DNA of 59,624 nucleotides, counting the filler. It is 5 parts of 5 records of this genome, joined end to end, with 100 filler letters (N's around TTAATTAATTAA, not from the genome) between each part and the next. Parts side by side here need not be neighbours in the genome. Positions count along the whole stretch, not along the records: positions 1 to 14,087 come from DRR723986_17140; positions 14,188 to 21,348 come from DRR723986_17151; 3 more parts are not named here. One strand, 5' to 3'. The position numbers were made by a program, and so were the translations under genes. Under the pieces are notes generated by a model. The model was not told the origin of the DNA, searched no databases, and was given only the letters and a program-made list of their open reading frames with translations. How positions within the stretch are numbered: the first letter of the stretch is position 1; each line of letters opens with the position of its first letter. Shown in pieces: positions 10,533-19,419 of this stretch.

Positions 10533-12248
10533 ATGCTGCAATTTCTCCGAATCGAAAACTTTGCTCTGATTGACCTGGTTGAAATTGACCTGACGGCCGG
10601 ACTAACGATCATAACTGGTGAAACCGGCGCCGGAAAGTCGATCATCGTTGACGGCATGCTCACTCTGCTCGGTGCGCGCCGCCGTTCCGAAGTTGTACGC
10701 GCCGACGCCGCCAAAGCAATAATCGACGGAACCTTTCTGATTGGCGGCAATCAAGAGATAGCTGCCTTCCTTAGCGCAAACGACCTGGAACCCGAAGTTG
10801 ACAGCGGTGAGCTGTTTGTGCGGCGCGAAATCACACAGCGCGGCGGCTCACGTTCGTTTATTAACGACCGGCCTGCCACGCAGGCGCTCGTGCGCGAGTT
10901 AGGCGCGATGCTGATTGACTTCCACGGCCAGCACGACCACCAATCGCTCCTGCGCCCTGAATTACACCGCAGTCTGCTCGACCGCCTGGCGGATACCACA
11001 ACAGCACGTCAAAACTATCAGAAAACATTCAAGCGCCTGCAGTCGCGCCTGACGCAGTTGAGCACTCTGATGCAGTCCGAGGAAGAGCTGCGCGCCAAAG
11101 AAGAATTCAGTCGCTTCCGCCTGCGCGAAATCGAAGAAGTTGATCCTGCCGAAAATGAGCTTGAAGACCTCGAACGCGAAATCACCCTGCGCGAGAACGC
11201 CGAGCTAATTTTTGAACAAACTCAGGCCATCGCCGAACAACTCTACGAACGCGACGGCGCCGTCCACGACGTCCTTGCCGGCCTGCGCGACAGGCTCGAT
11301 GAACTTAGCGAACTGGACAGTGAATTTGCCGCGCAGCGCGACGAATGTAACGGCGCGCTCATTGCTGTTGAGGAAATCGCGCGCTTTATGCGTGGCTACA
11401 ACGACGGCATCGACTTTGACCGGGCACGCCTCGAAGAAATGCGTTCGCGTTCGACCCAACTACAATCCCTGCGCAAACGATTTGGCAGCATGCCGAATGT
11501 CTTCAGCGAGCGCAAACGCCTTCAGGAAGAATTGCGGCTGACTGAGCATTTTGACGAAGAAATCAGCACCTGCCGCCAGGAAATAGAATTGGCGCGCGCA
11601 GCTCTGGCAACATCTGGTGCCGCCCTGACGCGCAAACGGCGCGCAACAGGACAAAAGCTGGCGCAGTCTGTAGCCCGCAGCATGCGCGACCTGGGCATGA
11701 AACACGCCCGTTTTGACGTGCGAATCGAACATGTTGCCAGCGATGCCGGCGCCGCAGACGCCTGGACCGAAATTGACGGCGAACCAGTCAAAGCCTGGGC
11801 GCACGGCCTCGACTCCGTTGAATTTTTTGTAGCTACCAATCCAGGCATGGACCTGCGTCCGCTATCCAAAACGGCATCCGGCGGCGAGATTTCGCGTATC
11901 ATGCTCTCGCTAAAATCATTGGTCGCGGCCGGCGACCGCGTGGCGACTCTTGTGTTTGATGAGATAGACACAGGCATTAGCGGCGGAATAGCGCAAAAAG
12001 TGGGCCGCACTATGAAGACACTGGCAGACAAACGCCAAATTCTGGCGATTACACACCTGCCGCAGATTGCTGCGCTCGCCGACCGCCACGTGCTGGTCAG
12101 CAAAGCCAACAATAAAGGTGCCGTCCGCGTCAGTGTTAACACCCTGCAGGAAGACGATCGCACCCGCGAAGTAGCACGCCTCCTGAGTGGCGAAAAAATT
12201 TCGGCCGCATCGCTGGCCAGCGCACGCGAACTCATGTTTGTTGAATGA
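10533..12248 (+). CDS. recN: DNA repair protein RecN
   Basis: MLQFLRIENFALID start, TGETGAGKS Walker A, FHGQHDHQ, ASGGEISR, VFDEIDTGISG, ITHLPQIAA; start trimmed from the ORF track to ATG 10533. Confidence 0.97.
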   Translation: MLQFLRIENFALIDLVEIDLTAGLTIITGETGAGKSIIVDGMLTLLGARRRSEVVRADAAKAIIDGTFLIGGNQEIAAFLSANDLEPEVDSGELFVRREITQRGGSRSFINDRPATQALVRELGAMLIDFHGQHDHQSLLRPELHRSLLDRLADTTTARQNYQKTFKRLQSRLTQLSTLMQSEEELRAKEEFSRFRLREIEEVDPAENELEDLEREITLRENAELIFEQTQAIAEQLYERDGAVHDVLAGLRDRLDELSELDSEFAAQRDECNGALIAVEEIARFMRGYNDGIDFDRARLEEMRSRSTQLQSLRKRFGSMPNVFSERKRLQEELRLTEHFDEEISTCRQEIELARAALATSGAALTRKRRATGQKLAQSVARSMRDLGMKHARFDVRIEHVASDAGAADAWTEIDGEPVKAWAHGLDSVEFFVATNPGMDLRPLSKTASGGEISRIMLSLKSLVAAGDRVATLVFDEIDTGISGGIAQKVGRTMKTLADKRQILAITHLPQIAALADRHVLVSKANNKGAVRVSVNTLQEDDRTREVARLLSGEKISAASLASARELMFVE

Positions 12249-12379
12249 CAAGCATGTTCCAAAGCGCTCAATGTGAAAATATCGACGAAAGCCTGGCGTG
12301 TTATTAATAATGCGCTTCTGCTGCAGTTCAATTTAAGGCGAATGAACATCCGACAGTTAACCAGACACGGCGAAATACG

Positions 12380-12991
12380 ATGAGCACAGTTCCCTACAAT
12401 ATGACGTTCCTCTCGCGCACGGAATTGATTGCCGCACTTAAACAACGCATCAACCCCGTTGAGTTAACAAAAGTGGAGAGTGCGTATGAATTGGCCGAAA
12501 ATGTTCACGCTCCGCTTGACCGCAAAGACGGCAGCCCCTGGTTTTATCACGTGACACGCGTCTGTCGTATCCTGCTTACCGAACTTGACATTCTAGATAC
12601 TGACTCACTCTGCGCCGCACTCCTGCACGACGTCCTCGAAGACTCCGATACAGTGTCCAAAGATGTGCTGGAATACAACTTCGGATCTTATGTGACTTAC
12701 ATTGTAGAAACGCTCACGAAAGACCTGGAGCGTCAGAAAGAACTGCCTGACGTGGTTGATCAGGACCATGTTAATCAGCTGCGTAATTCCAGTCAGGATT
12801 GCATCATGATTCGTTTGGCGGCACGTCTCGATAACTTTCGCTGCCTGGAATTTAACCTCAAGCGCAATCCAATCAAATATGTTAACGACACAATTGAGCG
12901 CTACACTCCTCTGGCTGTGAACTCCAACGATCGCAACTTGCTCTATCTGGTGGAACAACTCAAGCGCGAAGGCTCCAAGTTCTTCTCCTAA
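12380..12991 (+). CDS. Stand-alone HD-domain protein of the RelA/SpoT hydrolase (small alarmone hydrolase) type
   Basis: AYELAENVH...RKDGSPWFYH...AALLHDVLED...VETLTKD...IRLAARLDN mirrors the SpoT hydrolase domain; no synthetase domain. Confidence 0.85.
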   Translation: MSTVPYNMTFLSRTELIAALKQRINPVELTKVESAYELAENVHAPLDRKDGSPWFYHVTRVCRILLTELDILDTDSLCAALLHDVLEDSDTVSKDVLEYNFGSYVTYIVETLTKDLERQKELPDVVDQDHVNQLRNSSQDCIMIRLAARLDNFRCLEFNLKRNPIKYVNDTIERYTPLAVNSNDRNLLYLVEQLKREGSKFFS

Positions 12992-13081
12992 AAACGCAAT
13001 AAAAAGTTAAACTGAATGCCCTGTTTAACACCGGCTTGTTTAACAGTCCAACAATAAAAGTGTTAACAAAGTGATCGCGAA

Positions 13082-13468
13082 CTACTCTTCTTCAACGATG
13101 GTCACAACTACCAGATTCTGATCTTCGTCCAGCGCCAACTCATAGGTATAGTTCCCCACCCCAAGTGGATCCAACGCCGAATAATCCGGTGTAAACTGGT
13201 ACAACTCGCCATCCGCATTCAGCGTAACGCCCACCAGCGGAAATGCTTCTTCAACTTCACGAAAGCGCGTCTCATTCGCAGCCGAGAGCGTGCCAAATAC
13301 TTCCTGGCGTCCATCCCTGAAACTTAACACCAGCTGGGTAAACTCCGTATCGGCCACATTGCGCGCACGTATAAACAATGCAGGTGTTCCGGCCGGAGAT
13401 TCTGCATCGTCACAGCCGGGCGCAAACATCAATCCCAATAGGCACACAATCACTGTCAGTCGCTTCAT
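13082..13468 (-). CDS. Small hypothetical lipoprotein
   Basis: MKRLTVIVCLLGLMFAPG-C lipobox; GAGG RBS before ATG 13468; beta-rich mature part. Confidence 0.7.
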   Translation of the reverse strand: MKRLTVIVCLLGLMFAPGCDDAESPAGTPALFIRARNVADTEFTQLVLSFRDGRQEVFGTLSAANETRFREVEEAFPLVGVTLNADGELYQFTPDYSALDPLGVGNYTYELALDEDQNLVVVTIVEEE

Positions 13469-14087
13469 CTCAATTTCCTCATCATCTCTCAAACAGACCC
13501 CGCAAATTACACAATTGCCGGCATTTGCACTCAAAAACGGCATTTCAGTTTGCTGACACGGGTCCTTGCCCAAGCGTCTCAGTCCGCATAACAGCCGACA
13601 ATTGCAGCACCTGGAAATCAGCAGAATCGGTGCTCCATAGCGCTGATCTCATCAACTTTGGCCTTAATAAAACGCGGAAAAGCCACGTTCCACCGAAGCG
13701 AATCGCAGCTTTTCCGTATCACACCCACACATCTTCTCGTCCATCTGGCTTCGCCCGGCACACTTGGCGCGAAACTCTCACGATGGACCTTTCTACCTAC
13801 CGTCTATGGTGCAGTACAGGCCCCAATCTCAAAAGTTGGCGCCATAGATGCTTGACATGCAAAATAAATTAGGCCATCACATTTTCTGGCAGTATTGCTC
13901 CGGAGTACTCGCGGGTAAAAACCACGGTGGAATTCAGGCCCAGTCGCAATTCTTGGGTCGGCGCTTTGAGCTGCCCCTTCTGATTTGGGGCATCTCAGGC
14001 TTGGGTGATTTTTTTGTTTGTCACGCAGTCAAAAGTCCAAAACCAAGCTACTGCAAGTCTTTTTGCCGGTGAGTCTGAAAGCTAACA

Positions 14088-14187
14088 NNNNNNNNNNNNN
14101 NNNNNNNNNNNNNNNNNNNNNNNNNNNNNNNTTAATTAATTAANNNNNNNNNNNNNNNNNNNNNNNNNNNNNNNNNNNNNNNNNNNN
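14088..14187. other. Artificial contig spacer
   Basis: 44 N + TTAATTAATTAA (stops in all six frames) + 44 N. Confidence 0.98.
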
Positions 14188-14292
14188 CGTATTGGATAAG
14201 GACATGTCCTGAGCAAACACTCCGCAAGACAGACAGGTGTAGAACGCGAAGCACACAGCAGCGAGGGACTTGGGGGTCATATTCAGGCCTTC

Positions 14293-14874
14293 TTATTGTA
14301 CGTTCGACAAGTTGGACAGCTGTTTTCGGTATATAATATTATTCTCAATAGCTTGCGCAATTGCGACCTTCAGAAGCTTTACGGTACATGGGGTTCTGAT
14401 GCTGACATCGGCAATAGCGCTCCGCTGTACAGTGAGGTCATCATAAGTGAACTTGTCTGAAAGGATGGCAATCGGCACACTTGAGTTGATCGAGCGAACC
14501 TTCAGAAGCCAATCAATGGCATCATCCAGGCACTCGAAAACATCGATGTCGACAACCAAGATATAGTCATCCCTGAGAAAGGAAATGGTGAACGAGGGAT
14601 CCTCTGCATCATGAAAGAAAATCTTCGAGCAACAGCCGATCAACGAATGAGCCTTGTGCCAGATAAAGGAGTCATTCTTGGACACAATGTAAATTGACGT
14701 ACCTTGAAGTGCGATTGGTTTCTCGCAAGCTGCAGCTCGCTCAAACATAGAAATACTAGATGCGACTCTGTCACCACTGCCGACCGTGCTATGCAAGTAT
14801 TCCCCCCCATCTTGGCAAGCGACGCAGTACGTAACGTCGAAGAGTACTGGTGCAACAACGACAATGCTTATCAC
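14293..14874 (-). CDS. Hypothetical protein with an atypical (pseudo-)receiver-like domain; start uncertain (possibly ATG 14748)
   Basis: ILVVDID...DAIDWLLKVRSINSSVPIAILSD...ADVSIRTP pattern of a CheY-like fold, with RTP in place of the conserved KP. Confidence 0.5.
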   Translation of the reverse strand: MISIVVVAPVLFDVTYCVACQDGGEYLHSTVGSGDRVASSISMFERAAACEKPIALQGTSIYIVSKNDSFIWHKAHSLIGCCSKIFFHDAEDPSFTISFLRDDYILVVDIDVFECLDDAIDWLLKVRSINSSVPIAILSDKFTYDDLTVQRSAIADVSIRTPCTVKLLKVAIAQAIENNIIYRKQLSNLSNVQ

Positions 14875-15014
14875 AGAAGATCGGCGGCTTAATTGAGCAA
14901 AAGACCGAGATGTGCTTCTATAGATGACCTGTTGTCTATAGTAAATACTCAGAGTAGTCTGATGATTATGAAAGCATACCTGTTAGTTTCTTAGCGACAA
15001 GAACTGGAAGATGA

Positions 15015-15311
15015 TCATTGTCGTACGACTTCTCCGATTACTGCATCGATTGCAGTAGTAGCAACATCCCGAGCAGTCGCAGAGTGTGCCCGAATTGCAG
15101 TCAGAACCGCAACGGATGTGCTTGGTGCATTAGTTGCTATGTTCAGAGCAAGAAGCGCGAAGTACTCGTCACCACCGATCGCTTCGGACGTTTGACTAGC
15201 AGCACAAAATGCAGAAAACTTGGCTATTAAAGTAGCCAAATCCCCGAAAAAACCGTGATCCGATAAAAAAGTTAAGGATGCGTCAGTAGCAACAGGGTGA
15301 CGTCTCGAAAA
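15015..15311 (-). pseudogene. Fragment or short third paralog of the secreted repeat proteins
   Basis: Frame is open from 15311 and reads FGDLAT...IGGDEYFALLALNIATN-x21-VATTAIDAV, matching FGDMAT...LGGSADTGAIVLNIASN-x21-LSTTALGAV of 19420-20349; no signal peptide or ATG in frame (TTG at 15239 only). Confidence 0.55.
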
Positions 15312-15345
15312 TCAACAAAATTGGTTGGCCACGCGGTTTAAAATA

Positions 15346-15981
15346 TCATAGACCAGTTATTTCACTAACTATGGAAGAAACACCTGACTGAATTTCGCCA
15401 GAGTTCACGGCACCAATAGCAGTTGCCGTTATCTGACCTACAGACGCGCTTATCTGAGTAATCTGATTTTCAACCCTACCTCGAACAATTGCTTCGTTGG
15501 CGGAAATGTTCAGAACCAAAACAGCGCCATCAAAACTTCCTCCAAGCTGTGCCAATTGCATATATGATGCATTTGTCGTTGTGGTTGTGACTTGATCCAA
15601 CACCATGTTTGCACCCGTCCAGATGCCGGTGCTGAAATTCTCAACCTGATCTAGAATAACCTGACCTGTGTTGACACCACCGATAGACAAAGCATCTTCG
15701 CTTTCAACTTCGAATACTGCTAAAGTGCTAAGAGCTTGTGCGGCGTATACTTCAGAGGTTATCTCGGGAATTGTAACCCCATAGATCGTGTTGCTGATGG
15801 TGCCATCGATCAAGGCAAAGGCCGGATCAAATGTCATAGGGTGGAAAGCGGTTTCCGCAGCGTTCACGAAGACGCCATTCAACATCGGGTTATTAAACGA
15901 TGCCAGAACACGTTCCAAGACAGATTCAGCAGAAGCAGGGCCTGCGCACACAGACACCAAAAGAGCCATAGGACAACCCAC
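15346..15981 (-). CDS. Secreted repeat protein, paralog of 19420-20349 (candidate minor subunit); start may be CTG 16026
   Basis: Signal peptide ending GPASA-ESVLERVL; shared motifs NGVFVNAAE, IDGTISN, IGGVNTG, LGGS, LNISAN, TAIGAVNSG. Confidence 0.8.
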   Translation of the reverse strand: MGCPMALLVSVCAGPASAESVLERVLASFNNPMLNGVFVNAAETAFHPMTFDPAFALIDGTISNTIYGVTIPEITSEVYAAQALSTLAVFEVESEDALSIGGVNTGQVILDQVENFSTGIWTGANMVLDQVTTTTTNASYMQLAQLGGSFDGAVLVLNISANEAIVRGRVENQITQISASVGQITATAIGAVNSGEIQSGVSSIVSEITGL

Positions 15982-16688
15982 ATTCTGGCAGAAACGTCTT
16001 GAAAGTGTATACGACTGACGTTTCAGGTCTCTGCCCCCCTCTGTTGAGCTAGTAAGCCCTGCTTGGATATAACAGTCTCAGATTTTATACTGAACTATCA
16101 GTCATTTACGTATCTGTCACACGACCGGGTTTCATACCAATCTTTTACGATGACAAGCTTAGCATAGAATCATCAGCAAAGCGATGCCATTTCAGGCATT
16201 TTTCAGCATTTTCTAAGCAGTAAGTGGACAGAAACGTTCGAGATTGTCGACCCGCTGGTCTCGGCTTGAAACCAGCGGGTCTCCAGAGGGCTCTCACCGG
16301 GGAGCAAGAGCGCCCTCGACTGCTGTCGCATGGCAAAAAAGACAGCAGCCGATCCAAAAAGTTCGGAGGTTCGGCAACACGACGTGTGCGCCCGTTCGTG
16401 CGCCGAACCTCGACTGGGTCTTGCCTAGGGGGCGAAACAGACCCAGCACCGCATCATCGGGCAGTTGATGATGCGGGTTTTGGAAAAAAACTGCTGCATA
16501 AAAGGCGTGTCGGTACGATTCTTCCTTCTGATATTTCCACTAAAACCCATCATATTCAACTGTTTATGTGGAACTTGATAATATGGAGACGTCTGATCGA
16601 AGCTGTGTAACGACCAGTGCACTCTGCAATGTCGTCTGCTCTAGCCCATACGATTCAGATCAGTACAATCTGCGCTTTACAGAAGGGT

Positions 16689-16889
16689 TCAACAGTTCCT
16701 GAGTGCCTTAGACAGGCTGCCCACGCCATCGTCACGCTGCCCCAGAGCAATTTCGATATTGCCCTTGGTGATCCATACATCGGCATCCTCCGGGTCATTT
16801 TTCAGAGCATTGATGCAATCGGCGAGCGCTGATTGTAGCATTCCTTTTCGTATTAGTAGAGCCAACCGCGCTCTCAAGGTTGTAAACAT
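16689..16889 (-). pseudogene. TPR-repeat fragment (probable gene relic)
   Basis: SALADCINALKNDPEDADVWITKGNIEIALGQRDDGVGSLSKAL is a TPR unit; the frame ends after 66 aa and is followed by in-frame stops. Confidence 0.5.
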
Positions 16890-16918
16890 GACGCGAGCTA
16901 TCTGCTTAATCTATAAAT

Positions 16919-19366
16919 TTACGTATTAACTTTTGATGGCACGAACCGATACAGGGGTCCGTTGTAATCCGGGTTGTATCCAAGCTTGTCGATATATGGC
17001 TGCAAAACTTCTGTGTGCGGCAAAAGGAATTTAGAATATCTTTCCCAGCGATAAGCAGATTCTTTATAAATCGGCTGCGTAACTTGTCGGTAGCTTGGTG
17101 TATTGATTTTTTTTCGCGATAAAGCTGTGGATCGATATTCAGTTAAAGAGTCCTCCCAATCCAAACCAATATTGCCTAAGAGTTGTTTCACTTCCGTTTC
17201 AAAGTCGGCTACGATACTTTCGTATCGGTAAAGGACGATATTGGCATCTGTTTTATCCAGAATGCCCTCAAGAATGGAAAGTGCTCGATCATATAACGTG
17301 CAGGCCGTTTCTAACTTCAACATGCATGCCATCGCGGGATTTATATGAAAATTCTGCATGAAATTACTAAGTATTGAGTCGAAGGGGTGGCGCGAAGCAA
17401 AAATAACAGGGGCGTTTGGAAACATCGTGTGAATGATTGGTAGACTCAAAATGTGCAAAGGAAGCTTGTCAAAAACTATTTGACCGCGCGTGTCGCAACT
17501 TCCAAGCTCTGCTTGCACGTTGCGCAAATAAATACTACGACAGTGTGATAGTGTTTTTTCATCAAAGTCGGTAAATCCTCCACCATCCTCAGCATCTGAC
17601 TGGCCTCGCAAAACCGCTGACATGGCATGTCTAAGCATGGGGCGTTCTTCAATCACCGATATTCGCGAGTGAGTACGCAAAACAGTGTCAAGGAGAGTTG
17701 TGCCTGACCGGGGGAAGCCAACGATGAAACCAATCCTTGGTTCGTCATAGCCACTTAATGTTGTAAAATTGGGTGAGAAACCTGTCTGCTTACTGTGTGA
17801 GACTTCACGGTCGAGCCTGTTCAACAGTTTATGTGCCATCAAGCTCGGATCGGGGTCGTCACTCAAAAACAAATCATTCATTTTAACAAAGCATTCCATG
17901 GCAGCATCTGGTCGAACCAGTTTGTCTAAAGCCTCGCCAAGAACAGCAAAATAACGTTTTTGAGAATGTTTGGAAAGCTCATTAGTTGAGACTGCCTCGA
18001 GTCGCTTTACTGCAAGGGAGTACTGTCTTTGCCTGCAAAAAAGAATTCCCTCAAGGAAGGTAAGAACATTTTTTGATTCCGAACATTCGCGAATTGGCTC
18101 AAGCGCAAGTTCGGCCTTGTCTAACTGTGACTTGAGTTCAAACGCATTGAAGAGGCGTTCGGCGACCCTCATAGGGCGATACCCCTCAGAGGCAAGCTTC
18201 GAATAAACTTCGATTGCCTGATCTGGCCGACCAACGGATTCTAAACAAACTGCATAATCATACATATCCTCATGGTGCTCGATGAACGGAACGTACTCGT
18301 CAAACACCTTAACTGCTTCAAGTTCTTTCCCGATTGCAGCAAGACTTCTCGCAAGGCCGAACCCTACTTTGGGATTTTTTGGCGCATACGTCTGTGCATG
18401 CTTAAAAAAGTCGGCAGCCTTAGAGTGGTCTCCAATGGCAGAATAAATCGTTGCCAGCCCAGAAAATCCCTCAGAACTTCTAGGGTTTACTGTGAGTACT
18501 TTGCTGTATTGGCTGATTGCTTCATCTAAATTACCCAATTTATATTGAAACCATGCGGTGTTGAGCAAGATTTTCTCGCTACGGGGGTTCTTTAGCAGTG
18601 CCTTGCGAGTTGCCCTAAGAGCAGCTTCATATTGGCCCAGTTCGCCAAGCACGGCACCATGAGAGAAATGTTCCTTTTCAGTTGCATTAGGACAAATCGT
18701 CGCTGCTTCGTAATGTTTAATCGCAATCTCAAGTTCCCGGCCAGCCGCATATGCAGCACCCATTGCTGCATGACTTATCGCCGAGTTAGGTTCTAGTTCT
18801 ATTGCGCGACTAGCGGTTTCCACTGCAGAGCTGACTTCTCCGGCATCAATAAAGGAGTAGCACGCCGCGATCAAAAGTAGCGCGCTTTTAGGATGATGGC
18901 CGATTGCTTCGCCTAGCAACTGATTAGAAGCCGAAAAATGTCTTATTTTGCGTAATGCATTTGAGTAGTTAACAAAAAAATTTGGACTTCGGTTCCCTAA
19001 CTTGTGAGCCTTTTTGTATATGTCTATTGACTGGTCTATTTTTCCTTCACTAAAGTAGGCTGTTCCTAAATTATTGAGTGCATCGGCATCAGTCGGAAAT
19101 TTTTGATGAAGGTGATAAAAGTATTTTTGGGCTCCGCTAAAATCACTAACCGCCATGCAAGCCGCACCAGCAATCATGAGTACACTTTTATTATCGGGGT
19201 TTCTCTTCAGAAACTTTTGGGAGGCGCGCTTGCACTCTGAAAATTTACCGCTCTGGTAGAGACGTGCAATACCTCCTGCATCGTAGCTGATGCCATTGAT
19301 GCCGAGTTTGCCGACCTTAGAGTTTGGATAGTGCTGTCTGCGGTATCTTGAGGGCATTTTAGGCAC
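16919..19366 (-). CDS. TPR-repeat sulfotransferase (PAPS-dependent, Sulfotransfer_3-like)
   Basis: Many N-terminal TPRs; 5'-PSB FIVGFPRSGTTLL; DKLP; 3'-PB RHPFDSILSNF; YESIVAD; TPSYRQVTQPIY; GTG 19366 with GGAGG RBS 8 nt upstream. Confidence 0.9.
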   Translation of the reverse strand: MPKMPSRYRRQHYPNSKVGKLGINGISYDAGGIARLYQSGKFSECKRASQKFLKRNPDNKSVLMIAGAACMAVSDFSGAQKYFYHLHQKFPTDADALNNLGTAYFSEGKIDQSIDIYKKAHKLGNRSPNFFVNYSNALRKIRHFSASNQLLGEAIGHHPKSALLLIAACYSFIDAGEVSSAVETASRAIELEPNSAISHAAMGAAYAAGRELEIAIKHYEAATICPNATEKEHFSHGAVLGELGQYEAALRATRKALLKNPRSEKILLNTAWFQYKLGNLDEAISQYSKVLTVNPRSSEGFSGLATIYSAIGDHSKAADFFKHAQTYAPKNPKVGFGLARSLAAIGKELEAVKVFDEYVPFIEHHEDMYDYAVCLESVGRPDQAIEVYSKLASEGYRPMRVAERLFNAFELKSQLDKAELALEPIRECSESKNVLTFLEGILFCRQRQYSLAVKRLEAVSTNELSKHSQKRYFAVLGEALDKLVRPDAAMECFVKMNDLFLSDDPDPSLMAHKLLNRLDREVSHSKQTGFSPNFTTLSGYDEPRIGFIVGFPRSGTTLLDTVLRTHSRISVIEERPMLRHAMSAVLRGQSDAEDGGGFTDFDEKTLSHCRSIYLRNVQAELGSCDTRGQIVFDKLPLHILSLPIIHTMFPNAPVIFASRHPFDSILSNFMQNFHINPAMACMLKLETACTLYDRALSILEGILDKTDANIVLYRYESIVADFETEVKQLLGNIGLDWEDSLTEYRSTALSRKKINTPSYRQVTQPIYKESAYRWERYSKFLLPHTEVLQPYIDKLGYNPDYNGPLYRFVPSKVNT

Positions 19367-19384
19367 AATTCTATCCTCCAAATA

Positions 19385-19408
19385 GGACGACGGCTTGCGC
19401 CGTCGTCC
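19385..19408 (-). terminator. Intra-operon hairpin / weak terminator after the major secreted-protein gene
   Basis: 10-bp stem GGACGACGGC/GCCGTCGTCC with GCAA (GNRA) loop on the - strand, followed only by TATTT and then the sulfotransferase RBS. Confidence 0.65.
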
Positions 19409-19419
19409 ATTTTTTTGCC

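Noticed and set aside
11522-12445. Long antisense or alternative-frame ORFs (e.g. 11522-12445, 30347-31162, 34906-35697, 8632-9294)
   Set aside because: They shadow well-supported genes in GC-rich sequence and carry no recognisable motifs
13574-14087. Short ORFs in the end region of contig 1
   Set aside because: No motifs, RBS or consistent coding bias; treated as non-coding
14088-14187. TTAATTAATTAA palindrome within N runs (four occurrences)
   Set aside because: Identical 100-nt construct each time; an artificial all-frame-stop linker, not biology
16290-16480. Possible O-GlcNAc-transferase (GT41) remnant (HQLPDDAVLGLF... on the - strand)
   Set aside because: Only a few matching residues; cannot be told from chance without a search
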